Positions 63,352 through 64,000 of a stretch of DNA of 64,000 nt are shown here, piece after piece. Source of the stretch: Hemiscyllium ocellatum (taxonomy: Eukaryota); contig NC_083449.1 of NCBI RefSeq assembly GCF_020745735.1, positions 4,500,923-4,564,922 of the forward strand, in the 5' to 3' direction. The notes below the pieces were generated by a model that made no database searches, had not been told where the DNA came from, and worked only from the letters and a program-made list of their open reading frames with translations. Made by a program: the position numbers and the translations under genes. Every line of letters begins with the position of its first letter. The stretch's first letter is position 1.

Positions 63352-64000
63352 CAACTTTGAGCTCCACTTTGAGTTCCTTCACTTTGAGCTCCATAATCAA
63401 GTCTCCCTTATTACACGTCACTCAATCCAGAATGATCTGGACCTGAGTGGCCTCTGTCACAAACTGGTCCAAAACAATCTCTCAGATAATTCCATGTTTT
63501 CTTGAGAACCTGTTTTTCCCAGCCCACCTATATATTCATGTCTCCCATGATTATTGCAACAGTTCCTTACATACTTTAATAATCTCCTGATTTATTTTCT
63601 CCCCCCCCACATCGTGACAATGGCTACACAAGTTCCATCGGGGTCTTTTTCCCTTTGTAGTTTCTGATCTCTACCCTCATGGATTCTACACCTTCTGACT
63701 CTATTTCGCTTCTTGCTAACAAGGCAGCCCCTCTGACTCTGCCCATTGCCTTTTCGATAGCTTGGATAATTAGTTAACAGCCCTGAACCCGCTACAGCCT
63801 TTTCTCTGATAGCTACAGCATTGTGAATGCCAAGTTCAATCTGGCGTACCAGCTGATTTACCTTGTTCTGTAGTCCATGTGTATTCAGTTACAAGTCCCT
63901 CAGTCCTGCGTTAATTGTCCCGCTTCTCATACGTGTCCCCTTATCTGCGTGCTTGAAGTTAGATTCCTGATACTTTCTTGTTGTGGAAATTTTAACCTGT

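Larger units (their letters stand above)
59620..64000 (-). mobile_element. Older CR1 LINE interrupted by a Penelope element and a SINE
   Basis: KANAILTFISRRLQYKSRDVLLRLY and RT remnants; the host sequence resumes at about 62755 and 63380. Confidence 0.75.

Overview
Vertebrate genomic DNA, most likely from a shark or other cartilaginous fish. This is inferred from the CR1/HER1-type LINEs, HE1/V-SINE-type SINEs, Penelope-like elements and the MADEKK-type H2B tail. The only clearly intact genes are three replication-dependent histone genes: H4 (+, 17752-18063), H2A (-, 18816-19205) and H2B (-, 20281-20661). Each has a TATA box, a 3' stem-loop and a downstream purine-rich element; no H3 or H1 is present. 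A probable terminal exon of an ITIM-bearing inhibitory receptor lies at 5678-5809. The rest is decayed retroelements plus a repeatedly duplicated local unit. Direct copies lie at about 10.6-24.7 kb and 27.6-35.0 kb, the second lacking the histone trio, and an inverted pair lies at about 40.6-47.4 kb and 50.7-56.9 kb. The unit carries a 45-50 bp minisatellite and an unrecognised spliced gene: an NRF1/CpG-island first exon head-to-head with H4, a 46-nt exon, and an 82-nt exon present in 8 copies. Other oddities are a tRNA-Leu(TAG) 5'-half fused to a CR1 insert, degenerate hammerhead motifs in Penelope termini, and two micro-inversions. All alignments were done by eye, so repeat boundaries are approximate.
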